Source of the DNA: Heterodontus francisci | Lineage: Eukaryota | Assembly: GCF_036365525.1 (NCBI RefSeq) | Contig: NC_090375.1 | Coordinates: forward strand, 199,445,864-199,509,863 | Length of the DNA stretch: 64,000 bases | Reading direction: 5' to 3' | Shown here: piece by piece, positions 1-12,720 of the stretch | Layout of the letters: each line of letters starts with the position of its first letter | Position numbering within the stretch: the first letter of the stretch is position 1 | Position numbers and translations under genes: made by a program | Notes under the pieces: generated by a model | What the model saw: only the letters and a program-made list of their open reading frames with translations | Told to the model about the DNA's origin: nothing | Database searches by the model: none

Positions 1-2190
1 CAATATCATCAAGTCTGGGCATAAGAAGTTGGAATCGATAGACACAATTTAACTGATATGAGTGGTTATTTAAAGCACTCAAAGGGAAATTTATCTGACA
101 TTTAAGAGGACAATCAAAGTTTTAGAAAAAAAGCCAGTCTAAGTGGTTTACTGTGTTGGACCTTAGCAATAGGAACTGTCTTTTTTATATATATGATCTC
201 CTAAAAAAAAAAAGAACTATTATGTACCTGATGGACAATTTAATCTACCAGGACGAATCCCATGAGTGTCAGGTTTTGACAGCAAAGGCCCTCAAGGGAC
301 GTGTTGTGTCAAAATCATTGGGGGGTGTACAAGGGAAGGAGCCAGCAATGTATGGTCGTGTGATGATGAAGAATGTAGAAACCGATCAATATGTGTGAAA
401 CCACACAACGATAGGGACTGTTGGCTCTATTGTGTTGGGAAAAATAAAAAAGGACAGTTCCTATTCCAGGTTGTGAGATTAAACGGGCAAGAAGCACCAA
501 CTCCCGTGGTTACCCCCACATCCAAATTACCAACGGGTAGGTTTACGACCCAGCAGCCATAAGTGACTGATCTCTCTTGCCCTGCCTTAACTGCAGGACC
601 AGAAAATGGACTTGCAATAATAAAAACTAGTAACATTTTATATGATAATCTACAGCATGAGGTAATATTGAATATCTCAGATATCCAGCTACCTGACTGG
701 TTCCCTGAGAAGCCCCGAGAGTTGAGTTTAGTTTAATTTAGTTTAGAGATACAGCACTGAAATAGGCCCTTCGGCCCACCGAGTCTGTGCCGACCATCAA
801 CCACCCATTTATACTAATGCTACACGAATCCCATATTCCTACCACATCCCCACCTGTCCCTATATTTCCCTACCACCTACCTATACTATGGCAATTTATA
901 ATGGCCAATTAACCTATCAAGGTTAAACTATTAAAGTTGAACAAGGTATTACTGCAACAATTACTGAGACAAGAGTTCGGTGATGAGGGAATAATGAAGG
1001 GAAAAAGACGTAAACGTTGTTTAGTGAATGATGCAGCTACGATCTTTAATACAGGAACTTCAATTGTCAATACTATAGACTTGGAAAATGTGGACCAGAA
1101 GTTTAGAACTCTCAGCCAGCTAGTAAAGGATATTTTTAAAAAGGAGCAAAAAGGCCAGAATTGATGTAGTTGGCAGGATCCTGACGAGAAGCTTATTTTG
1201 AGCTCGCAGGATCTGAACTAGACACCAAAATACAAAAGGGGAAGTTAACAATTCAGGAAGTCCTCTAGTATAGGTTAGTTAAGGATTCAGGGAATCCTCA
1301 TGGGCCAGGGGTCCATTTTGGAATTGAGAGGGTACTTAGAGGATAAGTGGCCCTCATGGAGTTTGCAGTTAAGCAGTGCACGGGTCAGGGATCCATAGCA
1401 GTGCAGCATGGGGAGACTGCTCGTACTCACCGGGCTAAGAGAGCCCCTAAACTTTTCCTTGTCATATGTTTGTATTCCGGTGCCTGGGAGTTTGACATCA
1501 TTGGAAAAGGGGTCAATCTTCCCATCCTGAGTTAAATTAGGCACAACAGAATTGACATAGGTGGCAGGATTAATGTCACGGAAGAAATGGATAAAAAGGG
1601 GAGTACTGTACTACCACCTCATTAAAGGAATATCAATATGGCATCTGGGCTTATTTGATTACCACCCTTTGCTTTAACCCCCAAATACCAGCCAGAATAG
1701 GCCAAGTCGAGCTGGTTGATATACATAAGAGGGAAGAAACTGTGCTTAATGTCACGGAAGAAATTAAACAGAGTTTGGGAAGGTATTTTGAAAAATACGA
1801 AACTAACATTAGACTTGTACCGAGGACTTGCAATGGATCAAGAACCAGTTAGCTAAAACCCGCCAGGCATTTGTCAAAGTCATTCAGAAAGCTGAGGGAA
1901 CCGGGTGAAAGATTGAAATGATTAGAGTAACCAATTGGTGGGATGATATTTTTAATGGGATACCAACATACAGATACATCCCTGGATAAGAATTGTTTCA
2001 CACATTGTCATTATTGGTATGATTGTGATCTTGATGTATCAAATGTATAATATGATTATGTTTAAATGTTGGAAAGTTGAAATAGAAGGGAATTTGGAAA
2101 TAGGCTGCTATATGCGAAAACGCAAACAAATGATAGATATAAATAAATGTAACACGGCATGGACTTGAATATCAGCAGTCACGAGGTGGG
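1..2190 (+). pseudogene. Degraded env-like (class I fusion glycoprotein) gene of an endogenous LTR retroelement/ERV
   Basis: Frameshifted ORF pieces: Cys-rich segment (266-562), furin-like KRRKR followed by a hydrophobic fusion-peptide-like LVNDAATIFNTGTSIV (937-1164), and a hydrophobic TM-like stretch around 1975-2065 (IHPWIRIVSHIVIIGMIVILMY). It lies directly 5' of an LTR-like sequence and is interrupted by a SINE at about 725-920. Confidence 0.6.
725..920 (-). mobile_element. 3' part of HE1-like shark tRNA-derived SINE
   Basis: (TTTAG)n tail followed by gagatacagcactgaaa.aggcccttcggcccaccgagtctgtgccga..., near-identical to copies at 24160, 40512 and (reverse) 6133. Confidence 0.85.
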
Positions 2191-2193
2191 ATA

Positions 2194-2885
2194 TGATCAG
2201 GGCTCCTTTATGATCCAATTCACCAATGCTGAACGGATCAAAGGGAGAACTGTAGTCAAGATGGCTAACAGCTAAGCATCTGCAGAGCATGAAGGGAAAA
2301 ATAGCCATCCTTACACAAGGACATGGACTGTGAAACAGCTGCAGTTGCAGTTTAACGAACCCAGCCTGCTGAATAGGCACTGTGTGATAAGATGTGCTCT
2401 GAATGAGACTATGAGACTGCTGCGGTTGCAAAGGTTGCTAAACAAGGATAGATAAGAAGAACAAGGCCAGCAGATGTATTTTGCCTTGCAACTAGTAACG
2501 AAGCAAATGGATAACTCCAAGTCATGGGTGTACGTGACTAAGGACATTCTCGATGCTGGGAGCAACTGGATAAAATGGGGAGGCTAGGAGCCTCCATAGC
2601 GAAGACCTGCAGGAACAACCAGCGTGGAAGGGAACCCTGAGTCCGAGATTCAGTGAAGAGAACCATCGGGAGGAAGACTGATCACCTCGCCTTGCAACGG
2701 GTAGTATTTAAGCCCAAGCCGTGAGTCTTGTGATTTATTGTAACAAGTAACAAGTAGTTTAACAAGTAAAATAACAAGTAGCGTGATAAATGATTTAAGT
2801 ATCAATAAAAGTTTTTATATGAAGTATCTCTTGTAGGTGTCTTTTGTCCGTCATGTTAGTTGACACCCTAGTTTGAGGGTCAACA
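2194..2885 (+). mobile_element. Putative 3' LTR of the env-bearing element
   Basis: Follows purine-rich GAGGTGGGA (PPT-like, 2183-2191), starts TG, contains AATAAA at 2804 and ends ...GGTCAACA, after which a different repeat begins. Confidence 0.5.
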
Positions 2886-3261
2886 CCAGCTTCAGTTGCA
2901 AAACTCCTGTCTCAATTCAAACTGTCCTGTGTCTCATTCAAAAACCTGGACCAGCCGATTCGTCATGTGACCAGCTGGTTTAACCAGTCCTGTCCTTGTA
3001 GATTGCATCATCTTAGCAGTCCCTGGAATGCGCTTCCTTATACCTTCAATGTCTGGTAATCAAAATCCATCTGGGTTAATTGGCCAGGGAGTAGTACTTT
3101 GTCTCAAAAAGCACTGTCTCTTAATATGCAAATATCCTCCAGTCAAAGGTCTGGTGACCTCATTAACAAATCCTTTCTTCACTCCAGCAACAGTTTAAAA
3201 TCAATGTTCATATGACGAAATTAATATGCCTCATTCTTGGCAGGTGGGGCGTCTGCATGAC
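2886..3261. mobile_element. Partial LTR of the same family as the solo LTR at 35211-36143
   Basis: Shares catgtgac, aatcaaaatccat.tgggttaattgg, cagcaacagtttaaaat.aatgtt and aaattaatatgcctcattc.tggcaggtgggg...catgaca with 35780-36143. Confidence 0.75.
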
Positions 3262-4109
3262 AGTGATGCTGTGAGGCATTTGTTCATATCTCCTTTATTT
3301 CTGTCCATAAGTAAAATGTAACCACTTGTGGTTTGGACCCGCGTGTGGAGCTCACCAGGTGGTGAAGACATGGAGGCAAAGAACATCGGGATGAAGAGAG
3401 AAGAATTCTGACCGAAGACATCATCATTGAAGTGCATATTCGACTTGTTAAAAATAAAAGACAGCGTAATGGAACTAGGACCCCTACATATACACATGGA
3501 GACAGACGAATCAGGACACGTTACTGCTGTGATAGCCTGGGCTGTTAGAACATCAAACAGCCTGTCTACAACCACTCAACACACAGGGACAATGGCCTCT
3601 TGAAATATGTGTGAATGGTTTCCTTCTTGCCTTATCAAGATGCAGATATCACATCCATGGGTGGTTTACACTTAAGAACTCCCCCTGCTGAGAGCATGAT
3701 ATGGCCACATGCAGGTGGTCTTGCATAGGCAGGCTAGGATTGATAAGGCACTCAATCCCAATTGGATGACCCAATTCAAAATATTACCTTACATGTCAAG
3801 GGACCAGGGTCAGAAAGGGGGAATAAGCCACAGATCACAAGGACATTGTTGCTGCAGCCGGGAAGTATGACTTGGTCAGTCACAGGAATTCATGCAGAAG
3901 ACATCGTTCAGTGAACCTGACTGCCCAGGAACGAGGTTCTGTATGTGGGTCTGTTAAGCAACTGGTGTTGTAAGTATATACTATTGCTTGGTCAGTTAAT
4001 AAAGATGTTCCACTTTCGTGTGATTGATACTCAGAATGGGGTCAGGACCTTAGAGGGAAGTGAGACCCCGCTTTTAAGAATCTTACAGCTTCTAAATACT
4101 CACCCACCA

Positions 4110-4495
4110 CGAATGTGAAACCAACTAGCCTGAGTGATAGCTAGGTCTGACCTTGCACCCTTTCTTGAATAAAGGTGCCACATTTGCCTCTCTCCATTCC
4201 TCTGGTACCTCCACCTTATCTAGGAAAGATAGTAAGATTTTGGCAAGCCCTTTCACTATCTGTACTCCCACTTCCTTGACCAACTTGGGATGCAAGCTAT
4301 CCGGACCAGGTGATTTATCTACCCTAAGCATAGCCAGCCATTTTAGTACCTCCCCCCTCTCAATTTTTACTCTATACTTTGCCTTTACTCTCTCCGCTTC
4401 TATTGATATTTAGTCAGATTCCTCTTCCTTAGTAAACACCAATACAAAGTACTCATTAAGTATTCTAGCCTTGCCCTTTGCCTCCAAGCACTATT
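4110..4495 (-). mobile_element. CR1 LINE ORF2 fragment
   Basis: ORF 4125-4331 has KSPGPDSLHPKLVKE...VPEEWREANVAPLFKKG, the CR1 pre-RT motif. Confidence 0.85.
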
Positions 4496-4634
4496 ACTGA
4501 TATTAGCTTTTAACTCCAGATATATTGAATTAACTGAATTCAAATTCTCCAGCTTCTGTGGTGGGATTTGAAATCATCTTTCCAGATCATTAGTCCAGAA
4601 CTCTGCATTGCTATAATCAAAGCAACATACTGTC

Positions 4635-7600
4635 TATGGTGGAAATATGAAATAAAAATAGAAAGTGCAGGAAACACTCAGCAGGTCTGGCAGCATCTGT
4701 AGGGGGAGAAGCAGAGTTAACGTTTCAGGTATGTGACCTTTTGTGAGACTGGAAAAAGTTAGAAATGTGATAAGCTTTGAGCAAGTGAAAGTGGGGAGGG
4801 GGAAGAAGATCAAAAGGGAAGGGCAGTGGGCAGGAGAGATTAACAACAGAGATGTCACAGAATAAAAGACAAAGGGACTGCTAATAGTTGTAGTAAAAGA
4901 CAAAGCATTAGTCCAGAGAGAGTGTTAATGGCTGAATAATGAACAGCTCTGTCCAAAAGCAAAAACATGAAAAACAAGTTTAAGACAGGCACATGGTTAA
5001 TAAATAAAATAAATAGATAATTAATTTTTAAAGATTAAAATGGCTGTCATGCTCTGAAATTGTTGAATTCAACATTGAGACAATCAGAAGATGAGGAGCT
5101 GTTCCTCAAGCTGACGTAGAGATTCATTGGAACACTGCAGCAGGCCAAGGACAGGAATATAGCCATGAGTACAAGGCAGTTAGTTAAAGTTACAAGCAAC
5201 CAGAAGCTCTGGATCATTCTTGAGGACTGAGTGGAGGTGTTCTGCAAAGCGATCATCCAATCTGGACATTGCCGAAATGATGTAAGACATCAGAAGAGTC
5301 TCAGATGTAGGTGGGAAGAGACTGGACAAGGGGCGAAAAGTACTGTTAGCATAGGAAGAAAAAAGATTCATTGGGGCAGGAACAGGTTGAAATGATGTGT
5401 CGACTAGGACAGTCCTGTTTGTGGACATTGGGAAGTTGGTAGAAGTGAGCTATTCGAGGTTGCAGGACAATGAGGTGGGTAGATCTCCAGAGGAGATGAG
5501 GTCAGTGACAGTCCTGGAGACAGTGGCTTGATGTTTGGTGGTGGGGTCATGGACCAGGGGAGGTAGGAAGAAGTGCCTGAGACTTGGCACTAAGCCTCTG
5601 CAAGGTATAAGACGGTACACCAGACAACAACTGCACCACCTTTGTAAGCTGCTTTGATGACAATGTCAGGGTGAGACCCGAGAGAATGGAGTTCAGCAAG
5701 TTCAGACGGAGACAGGTTAGAGTGAGTGAGGGGAGCAGAGAAATTAAGACAGCCAATGACACACTAACAGTTCTCAATGAATAGATCAAGAGCAGGTGAG
5801 AGGCCAGAGGGAGGGGTCCAAGTAGAGGTAGTGTACAGCAGGTGGGTGAATGGGTCTGCTGGTAGGCAGACGACTCCTGATCAAAGAAGTGAGCCCAGAG
5901 GCAAAACCGATGGCAGAAGATCTCAACATTCATGCTGAGCATAAAATTCATTGAGATGAGCATGAGAGGAGGGTGGTGAATTAAAATGACAAGCAACCGG
6001 AAGCTCGGGGTTATGCTTGTGGACTGAGTGGAGGTGTTCCACAAAGCAATCACCCAATCTGTGTTTGGTTTCCCCAGTGTAGAGGATACCACATTGAGAG
6101 CAGCGAATACAGTATACTAAATTGAAAGAAGCTTGGAGTGGTGCAGTGGTTAGCACCGCAGCCTCACAGCTCCAGGAAACCGGGTTCAGTTCTGGGTGCT
6201 GCCTGTGCAGAGTTTGCAAGTTCTCCCTGTGACCACGTGGGTTTCCACCGGGTGCTCCAGTTTCCTCCCACAGCTAAAGACTTGCAGGTTGATCGGTAAA
6301 TTGGCCATTGTAAATTGCCTCTAGTGTAGGTAGGTGGTAGGAGAATGGTGAGGACATAGTAGGGAATATCGGATTAATGTAGGATTAGTAAAAAATGGTA
6401 GTTGTTGGTTGGCACAGACTCGGTGGGCCGAAGGGCCTGTTTCAGTGCTGTGTCTCTAAATGAATAAATAAAAATAAAGTACATGTAAATTGCTGCTTCA
6501 CCTGAAGGAATGCTTGGGGCCTTGGATGGTCAGGAGAGAGGAGGTGAAAGACAGGTATTACACCACTTGTGATTGCATGAGAAGGTGCCGTGGTAAGGAG
6601 ATGAGGTATCAGGGTGGTGGAGGAATGGACCAGGGTGTTACGGAGGGAACAGTCCCTTCGTAATGCTAACCGGGGAGTGGAGAGGAAGACGTGTTTGGTG
6701 GTGGGAATGACAGAGGATGATCCTCTGGATGTGGAGGCTACTGGGGTGGAAAGTGAGGAAAAGAGGATCCCTGTCGGAGTTCTGGGAGGGAGGTGAAGGG
6801 TTAAGGCAAAAATGTGGGAGATGGGGCTGGCACGGTCAAGGGCCCTGTCAACTACAGTTCCTCAGTTGAGGAAAAAGGAAGGCGTATCAAAAGAGCTGTT
6901 GTGGAAGCTAAGTTGATAAAGTTTTCCAGTTCAGGGTGAAAAGAGGAAATGACAGCGGCACAGTCATCAATGTACCAGAAATACAGTTGGGAATGGGGCC
7001 TGAGTAGGACTGGAGCACGGATTGGTCGACAAACCACACAAAATGACAGCATAACTAGGACCCATGCGGGTAACCACAGCAACACCTTTAATTTGGAGGA
7101 AGTGAATGGAGTTGAAGGAGAAGTTGTTCAATGCGAAAACAAGTTCAGTTAGGCTGAGGAGGGTTTGGGGGAATGGGGACTGTTTGGGCCTCTGTTCAAG
7201 GAAGAAACTGAGATCTCTTAGAATGTCCTGGTGGAAGATGGAGATGCAGAGTGATTGGACGTCCATAGAGAACAGGAGTCGGTTAGGGCCAGGAAACTGG
7301 ACATTGTCAAAATGACGAAAGGCGTCAGAAAAGTCATAGATGTAGGTGGGAAGAGACTAGACTAAGGGAGAAAAAATAGAGTCAAGATGTGAAGAAATAA
7401 GTTCAGTGGGGTAGGAACAAACTGAAATGATGGGTCTACCAGGACAGTCCTGTTCGTGGATTTTGGGAAGGAGGTAAAAGCGGGCTGTTCAAGTTTCTGG
7501 GACTATGAAGTTGGAAGCTGTAGAGGGAAGATCTCCAGAGGAAATGAAGTCAGTGACAGTCCTGGAGGCAATGGCTTAATGTTGGCTGGTGGGGTTGTGG

Positions 7601-9212
7601 TCCGGCGGAGGTCGGAAGAAGTGTCTGAGAGTTGGTGCTCGGTCTCTGCAAGGTGGAGATCATTATGCCAGACAATAACAGCACTACCCTGTCAACAGGT
7701 TTGATCACAATGTCAGGGTGCGATCTGAGAGAAAGGAGTGCAGCAAGTTCAGAGGGAGTCAGGTTAGAGTGAGTGAGGGGAGCAGAGAAATTATGAAGGC
7801 CGATGTCACTCCAACAGTTCTCAATGAAAAGTTCAAGAGTGGGGCAAGAAGCTAGAGGAAGGGGTCCAGGTGGAGGTAGAATAGTGGCAGCAGGTTAATA
7901 AGTCTGCTGACAGGGGGAGGTCTCCTGGCCAAAAAAGTGTGCCAGAGGCGAAGGTGACAGAAGAAGTGGTCAAGGTCATGCCGAGCACAAAATTCATTGA
8001 GGTGGGGGTGTCCTTTGCTCAGTACAGATCATTCAGCAACAGAGAGGGGAAGATCAGAAAGTATTGTGAATAAATAGCAAGGGGTGAGATTAGGAGAATG
8101 GATGAGGTCAAAGGGAAGTGAAGGGGAAGAAAGATCTGGAGGGACATTGGTCCCACGAGCTGTTGGTGCTTGCATTCCTTAACACTTGAAAGGAAGAGAA
8201 AAAGTTTTTTGTTAATGTGTCGGATACGACGAGCGATGAAATGAAACTGCAGAGGAGGACAGCTTTGAGATGGGGTGAGTCAGTCCTACCTCCCCTGGTG
8301 CATGGCACTGAGCGTGGATCTCAGGATGCAGGGAGAACAGGAGTCCGAGGGAGTTTGTATTTCTCGGACGCACCTATAATCCTGGGTAGATTAAAAACAT
8401 GAAAGTTGGAACTTTAGTTGGAATCCACATGGAATAAGTCAGAACCGGAGACAGTCACTGAGGAATGAGATGTAGCTGTGAAAACAAATTTTGCTACAGA
8501 GCTTATCAAACACCAGGAGCGAAATGGAAAGCAATGAAGGTGAATAAGGTAAAAGACAAATTGAAATCCCATCGGAGGTAAGAGCAGAACTTCTTCAAGG
8601 TAGGCATTCTTAGAAGAGAAGTGGAAGTGAAATAAACACTAAAATTAAAGCAAAATACTGCGGATGCTGGAAATCTGAAACAAAACCTGAAAGTGCTGGA
8701 AATATGCAGCAGGTCTGGCAGCATCTGTGGAGAGAGCAACAGAGTTAAAGTTTCAGGTCTTTTTTCATCATAACTGACTTAGAAATGGCTTTGATCAAGT
8801 GAAAGGGGGGAGTGGGAAGAAGAACAAAAGGAGCGGTGTGTGATAGAGGAGAGGACAGGAAAGATTAATGACAGGGATGTCACAGAACAAAAGACAAAGG
8901 GAGTGCCAACAGTTGGAGTAAAAGACAAAACATTAGTCGAGAGAGAGTGTTAATGGCAGAATATTGATCAGCCCTGTCCAAAAGGAAAAGTATGAAAAAC
9001 AAGTTTAAGACTAGCACGTGGACAAAAAAAATAAATTAAATTAAAAGAAAGAAATCTATAAATGATAGGGCTCGTGGTCTGAAAATTACTGAACTCAATA
9101 TTGAGTCCAGAGGGCTGTAGAGTGCCTAATCAGAAGATGAGGTGATGTTGCTTGAGTTTGCGTTGAGCTTCAGTTGAACACTGCAGCAGGCCCAGGACAG
9201 AAATGTGGGCAT
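4635..9212 (-). mobile_element. Degraded Penelope-like retroelement (RT + GIY-YIG endonuclease) with about 550-bp direct pseudo-LTR repeats
   Basis: GIY-YIG remnant VYCIRCSQCGILYTGETKHRLGD (5923-6219). PLE RT remnants NNFSFNSIHFLQIKGVAVVTRMGPSYA and WYIDD (6852-7266). 4640-5170 is repeated in the same orientation at 8640-9210, and 5270-5940 is internally duplicated at about 7320-8000. Confidence 0.85.
6133..6475 (+). mobile_element. Near full-length HE1-like tRNA-derived SINE nested in the Penelope element
   Basis: A-box-like TGGTGCAGTGG, B-box-like GGTTCAGTTC, body reverse-complementary to 40512-40869, A-rich tail; it splits the GIY-YIG coding remnant. Confidence 0.85.
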
Positions 9213-9813
9213 GACCCGGGTATCCGGAAATCCAGAAATTTCTATCTTGCTGGGGATGTTCACCACAGCTCAGAGTAATCGATCTGCTCGCTTGCTGCAG
9301 CGTTTCATGCCCAGAGCAGCAGGATCACAAAATATATTTTAATTCACATAAATGCGGGTTCAGAGTGTCTATGTCTTTGTCGAGTGTAACTATATTCGGA
9401 GAGTGAAACGAATTCACTGTTAAGTTTGATCCAGTCCTGGAAAATAGGTTTGCCTCTTCCCCCTGTCTCTGCCCCTCCAATCTGACTGCACACCTCCCAG
9501 CCGGTTCAAACAGATGAACTCAGAGCCATTCATTTCCTATTTAAAAGTTAGCAATCCGAAATTGAATTTTCAATTAATAATTTGCGCGAGTGTTAAATCA
9601 ATAGAAACAAATGAAAAACAACAGAACGAGGTGAGTTATCACACAGAGAGTGACAGGTCTCACATTTTATAATGTAGAGTGACTGTAAACTAGGCGGGTT
9701 TTATGTCGAGAGGAAATTCGCGCCGTTGGACTGATTACAGGAGGAGGGGGCGGGGTAGAAGGGACCCCGGTCTTTTACATTTACAACAGTGAGAACAACC
9801 GAGTACCAAGCGG

Positions 9814-10248
9814 ATGGGTCACTGCACGATGTTTTGGGTGATAGTGACGCTATTTTTACCCAGTGTGTGCTAATATTTATTTATTTATATGTTATGTTTG
9901 TCCAGCATTCTTTATCATCATTTTCAAATCAGATAATTTTGCGCATTTTTTCTAGGTGGGTGTTTTGCCTTGTCTGTAACACAGACTGCAATATCAATAA
10001 CAAGAAGCCCCAGTAAAAGTGTCAGATTTCAGTGTACGGTAAGCGGAGAGAGCACCGTGATCCATTGGTACCAGCAGAGACCCGGTCAGGCGCTCGCCAG
10101 AATCCTCTATTATGACCAAAGCCTAATTCGGGATCCGTCAATTCAGCTCCAGGTTCAAAGCAGACAAGAATAACAATGTGTGCACTTTAATAATCAATAA
10201 CATCGTGGAGGAAGACTCTGCCACTTATTACTGTGCCTATTGGGACAG
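9814..10248 (+). pseudogene. TRGV: TCR gamma V segment 1 (leader exon 9814-9862, V exon 9956-10248) with a +1 frameshift near 10141
   Basis: Leader MGHCTMFWVIVTLFLP with GT/AG intron. The V exon reads ..VRFQC..VIHWYQQRPGQ.. in one frame and ..FSSRFKADKNNNVCTLIINNIVEEDSATYYCAYWD in another; removing one A at about 10140-10141 restores the frame. Intact 23-RSS follows. Confidence 0.9.
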
Positions 10249-10287
10249 CACAGTGCTGAACAGAGACAGAAACCCTTATCAAAATCC
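10249..10287 (+). other. 23-bp-spacer recombination signal sequence (V1)
   Basis: CACAGTG-23 nt-TCAAAATCC. Confidence 0.9.
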
Positions 10288-10699
10288 CAGGCGTTTCAGC
10301 TCGCTCCCCCGTCAGCTACCACACAAACAACAACTTACATTTATATATGTCTTTAACGTAATTTAAAATTTCAAGATGGATGGATTTTTGTTTAGGAGTA
10401 TGAAAGGATATCGAGCAAAGGCGGGAACATGGAGTTGAGGGACAAACCAGCCATGATCAGACTGAATAGTGAACAGGCTTGATGGGTTGAATGGCCTCCT
10501 CCTGTTTCTGTGATTCACAAGAAATGATCTTGGTCAATTTCGTCCCTTCACATTCCCGACTGGAATACAAGCTGGATTTAAAGAAGAAATAAGCCCCTGT
10601 GTGTCTGACACAAGCACAGGCCTTTAATCCTCCTGATAAAACGATGCCCAACAGAATATTACAAATGATCGATTTTTCAATTATCTACTTTACAGTTTT

Positions 10700-11010
10700 T
10701 TTTTTACTTTTTTCTTTTCTCATTCCATTACCACCTCCTTTTGCCTCACACCATCATCCCTTTTCTCATTTAATCTCTCCTGCCTCCCACTCTATCACAG
10801 ACATTCCCTTTTGTTCTTTCACCCATTCACCCCGCCCCTTTCCCAGCGTCTGTTTTTGCCCAAAACATGTCACATTTCTAACTTTTGCCATTTCTGACGA
10901 AATGTCATCGACCTGAATCCTTAACTCTGTTTCTCTCTCCACAGATGCTGCCCCACCTGCTGAGTATTTCCAGCATTTTCCGTTTTTATTGCAAATCCGA
11001 GCATCTGGAA
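10700..11010 (+). mobile_element. Penelope-like terminal-repeat fragment
   Basis: Reverse complement of the 4640-4900 pLTR; contains ttaactctgtttctctctccacagatgctgc. Confidence 0.75.
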
Positions 11011-11137
11011 AGAGGTGAACGAGAAGACGGGGCGGGTTTAACAAAATCTCACTGATTGGGTTGTGGGAAGTGAATCATTTCCTTTTAGTTTGTAACCAGC
11101 TGGTTGAGTGAACAGTCCCTGATCCAGCAGAGTGAAC

Positions 11138-11577
11138 ATGTCACTGTATTACTGGTTCATTGTGGTGATCGTTTTTCCCTGTATGTGTTTCTGTTGCTAT
11201 TATTCAAATGCTGTTATTCAGTCTGCTCTGTCACGCTGTTTATTTGTAACCGTGTCTATTCTTTTCTCAGGCGGATGTTTCGCTCAAACCTTGAAACAGA
11301 TTATCCCATCCGTTAGCAAAGCTGCTGGTAAAACCGCTAGATTCCAATGCGAAATACAAGGTGGCTCGGTCAGCAGCAGTTATCCCCTTCACTGGTACCA
11401 ACAGAAACCCGGCCAGGCACCCACCAGAATACTCTATTATGGGGGAAGTATATCGCGGGATCCGGGATTTGGTGAATTGTTTAAAGCCGGGAAGAGTAAA
11501 GACAACGAATTCTACCTCACAATCGACAAAATAAAGGCTGAGGACGCGGCCACTTATTACTGCGCGTACTGGGTGTA
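11138..11577 (+). CDS. TRGV: TCR gamma V segment 2 (leader exon 11138-11180, V exon 11271-11577), functional
   Basis: Leader MSLYYWFIVVIVFP, GT..AG 90-nt intron, V domain ARFQC..LHWYQQKPGQAP..DAATYYCAYWV, consensus RSS. Confidence 0.96.
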
Positions 11578-11616
11578 CACAGTGTGAAACAGAAAGACAA
11601 ACTCTGTACAAAAACC
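11578..11616 (+). other. 23-RSS (V2)
   Basis: CACAGTG-23-ACAAAAACC, perfect consensus. Confidence 0.97.
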
Positions 11617-12102
11617 CTGAAGCACTCAAGCTTTAACTATCAGAAAAAACCACACACTCCTCGCCTAACCCGTCTAAGCAGCAGCGACACCGCAGTTGGA
11701 TTTGTCTCTTCGCTTTTTCTGCCCAAACCCAAGAATTGCCAAGTGCTGCGATACCAGCCAAGACTCGGTCATTTTGATCTATTTGCTTCTTCTGAAGTGC
11801 CGGACATGGCGTTAAAAACCCAAAGCTGACTTAATAGGGAGCTCGCGGTCCTTGGTAAAGATGGACCTGCTCTGTCGGTGTTGCATTGAGGTTCTCCTGA
11901 GGGCGGGTTCGAGTAAAGAGTTGGTCTTTCAGAGACCGATTTCCAGTGTGTGAGATATTCGCTCACCGGCGACCGGATCAGTGTAAACCCGCGGGATGGA
12001 ACAGGCCTGCGCGGAGAGGAGGGGTTGTTTACACTGGGAGACTCAGCCAGCTCTGGTCCCATTGGAGCAGTAAAGCCAGCATCGCGGACAAACCTCACAT
12101 GA

Positions 12103-12720
12103 AGTAGGAGAGGGGATCCTGGGCTTTATAAACAGAGGCATAGAACAAAAAGCAGGGAAGTTGTATGAAACCTTTATAAATCACTGACTATGTCTCTTGC
12201 TGGAGTATTGTGTCCAACTCTGGGCACAGCACTTTCGGAAGGATACCAAGGCCTTTGAAAGGATACACTGGAGTAGTACCAAGGATGAGGAACTTCAGTT
12301 AGATGGAGAGATTAGAATAGCTGGAGCTGTTTTCTTTAGAGCAGACAAGGTTAAGAGGAGATTTAATAGAGTTGTTCAAAATTATGGAAGGTCTTAATAA
12401 AGTAAATGAGAAATTATTTCCACTGCTAGGAGAGTCACTAACCAGAGCACACAGATTGAATTGGATAAGAACCAGAGGGATGATGAGGAGATTTTGTTTT
12501 AATTAGAGTGAGATGATGAGATTGGACACATTGCCTTAGTGGTGATGATCCCAAAGTAACTTTCAAAAGGAAATGGGATAAATATTTGAAAAGGAAGCGT
12601 TTGCAGGGTTATGTGGAAAGAGTAAGGTCGTGGGATAAATTGGACAGCTTTTTCAAAAGAGCCAGCACAGGCATGATAGGCCGAATGGCCCCTTCAGTGT
12701 TGTCAGATTCTGTGATTCTG
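12103..12720 (+). mobile_element. CR1 LINE 3' fragment
   Basis: LEYCVQLWAQHFRKD motif (12197-12397) and CR1-type 3' tail (ggccgaatggcc...gattctgtgattct). Confidence 0.8.
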
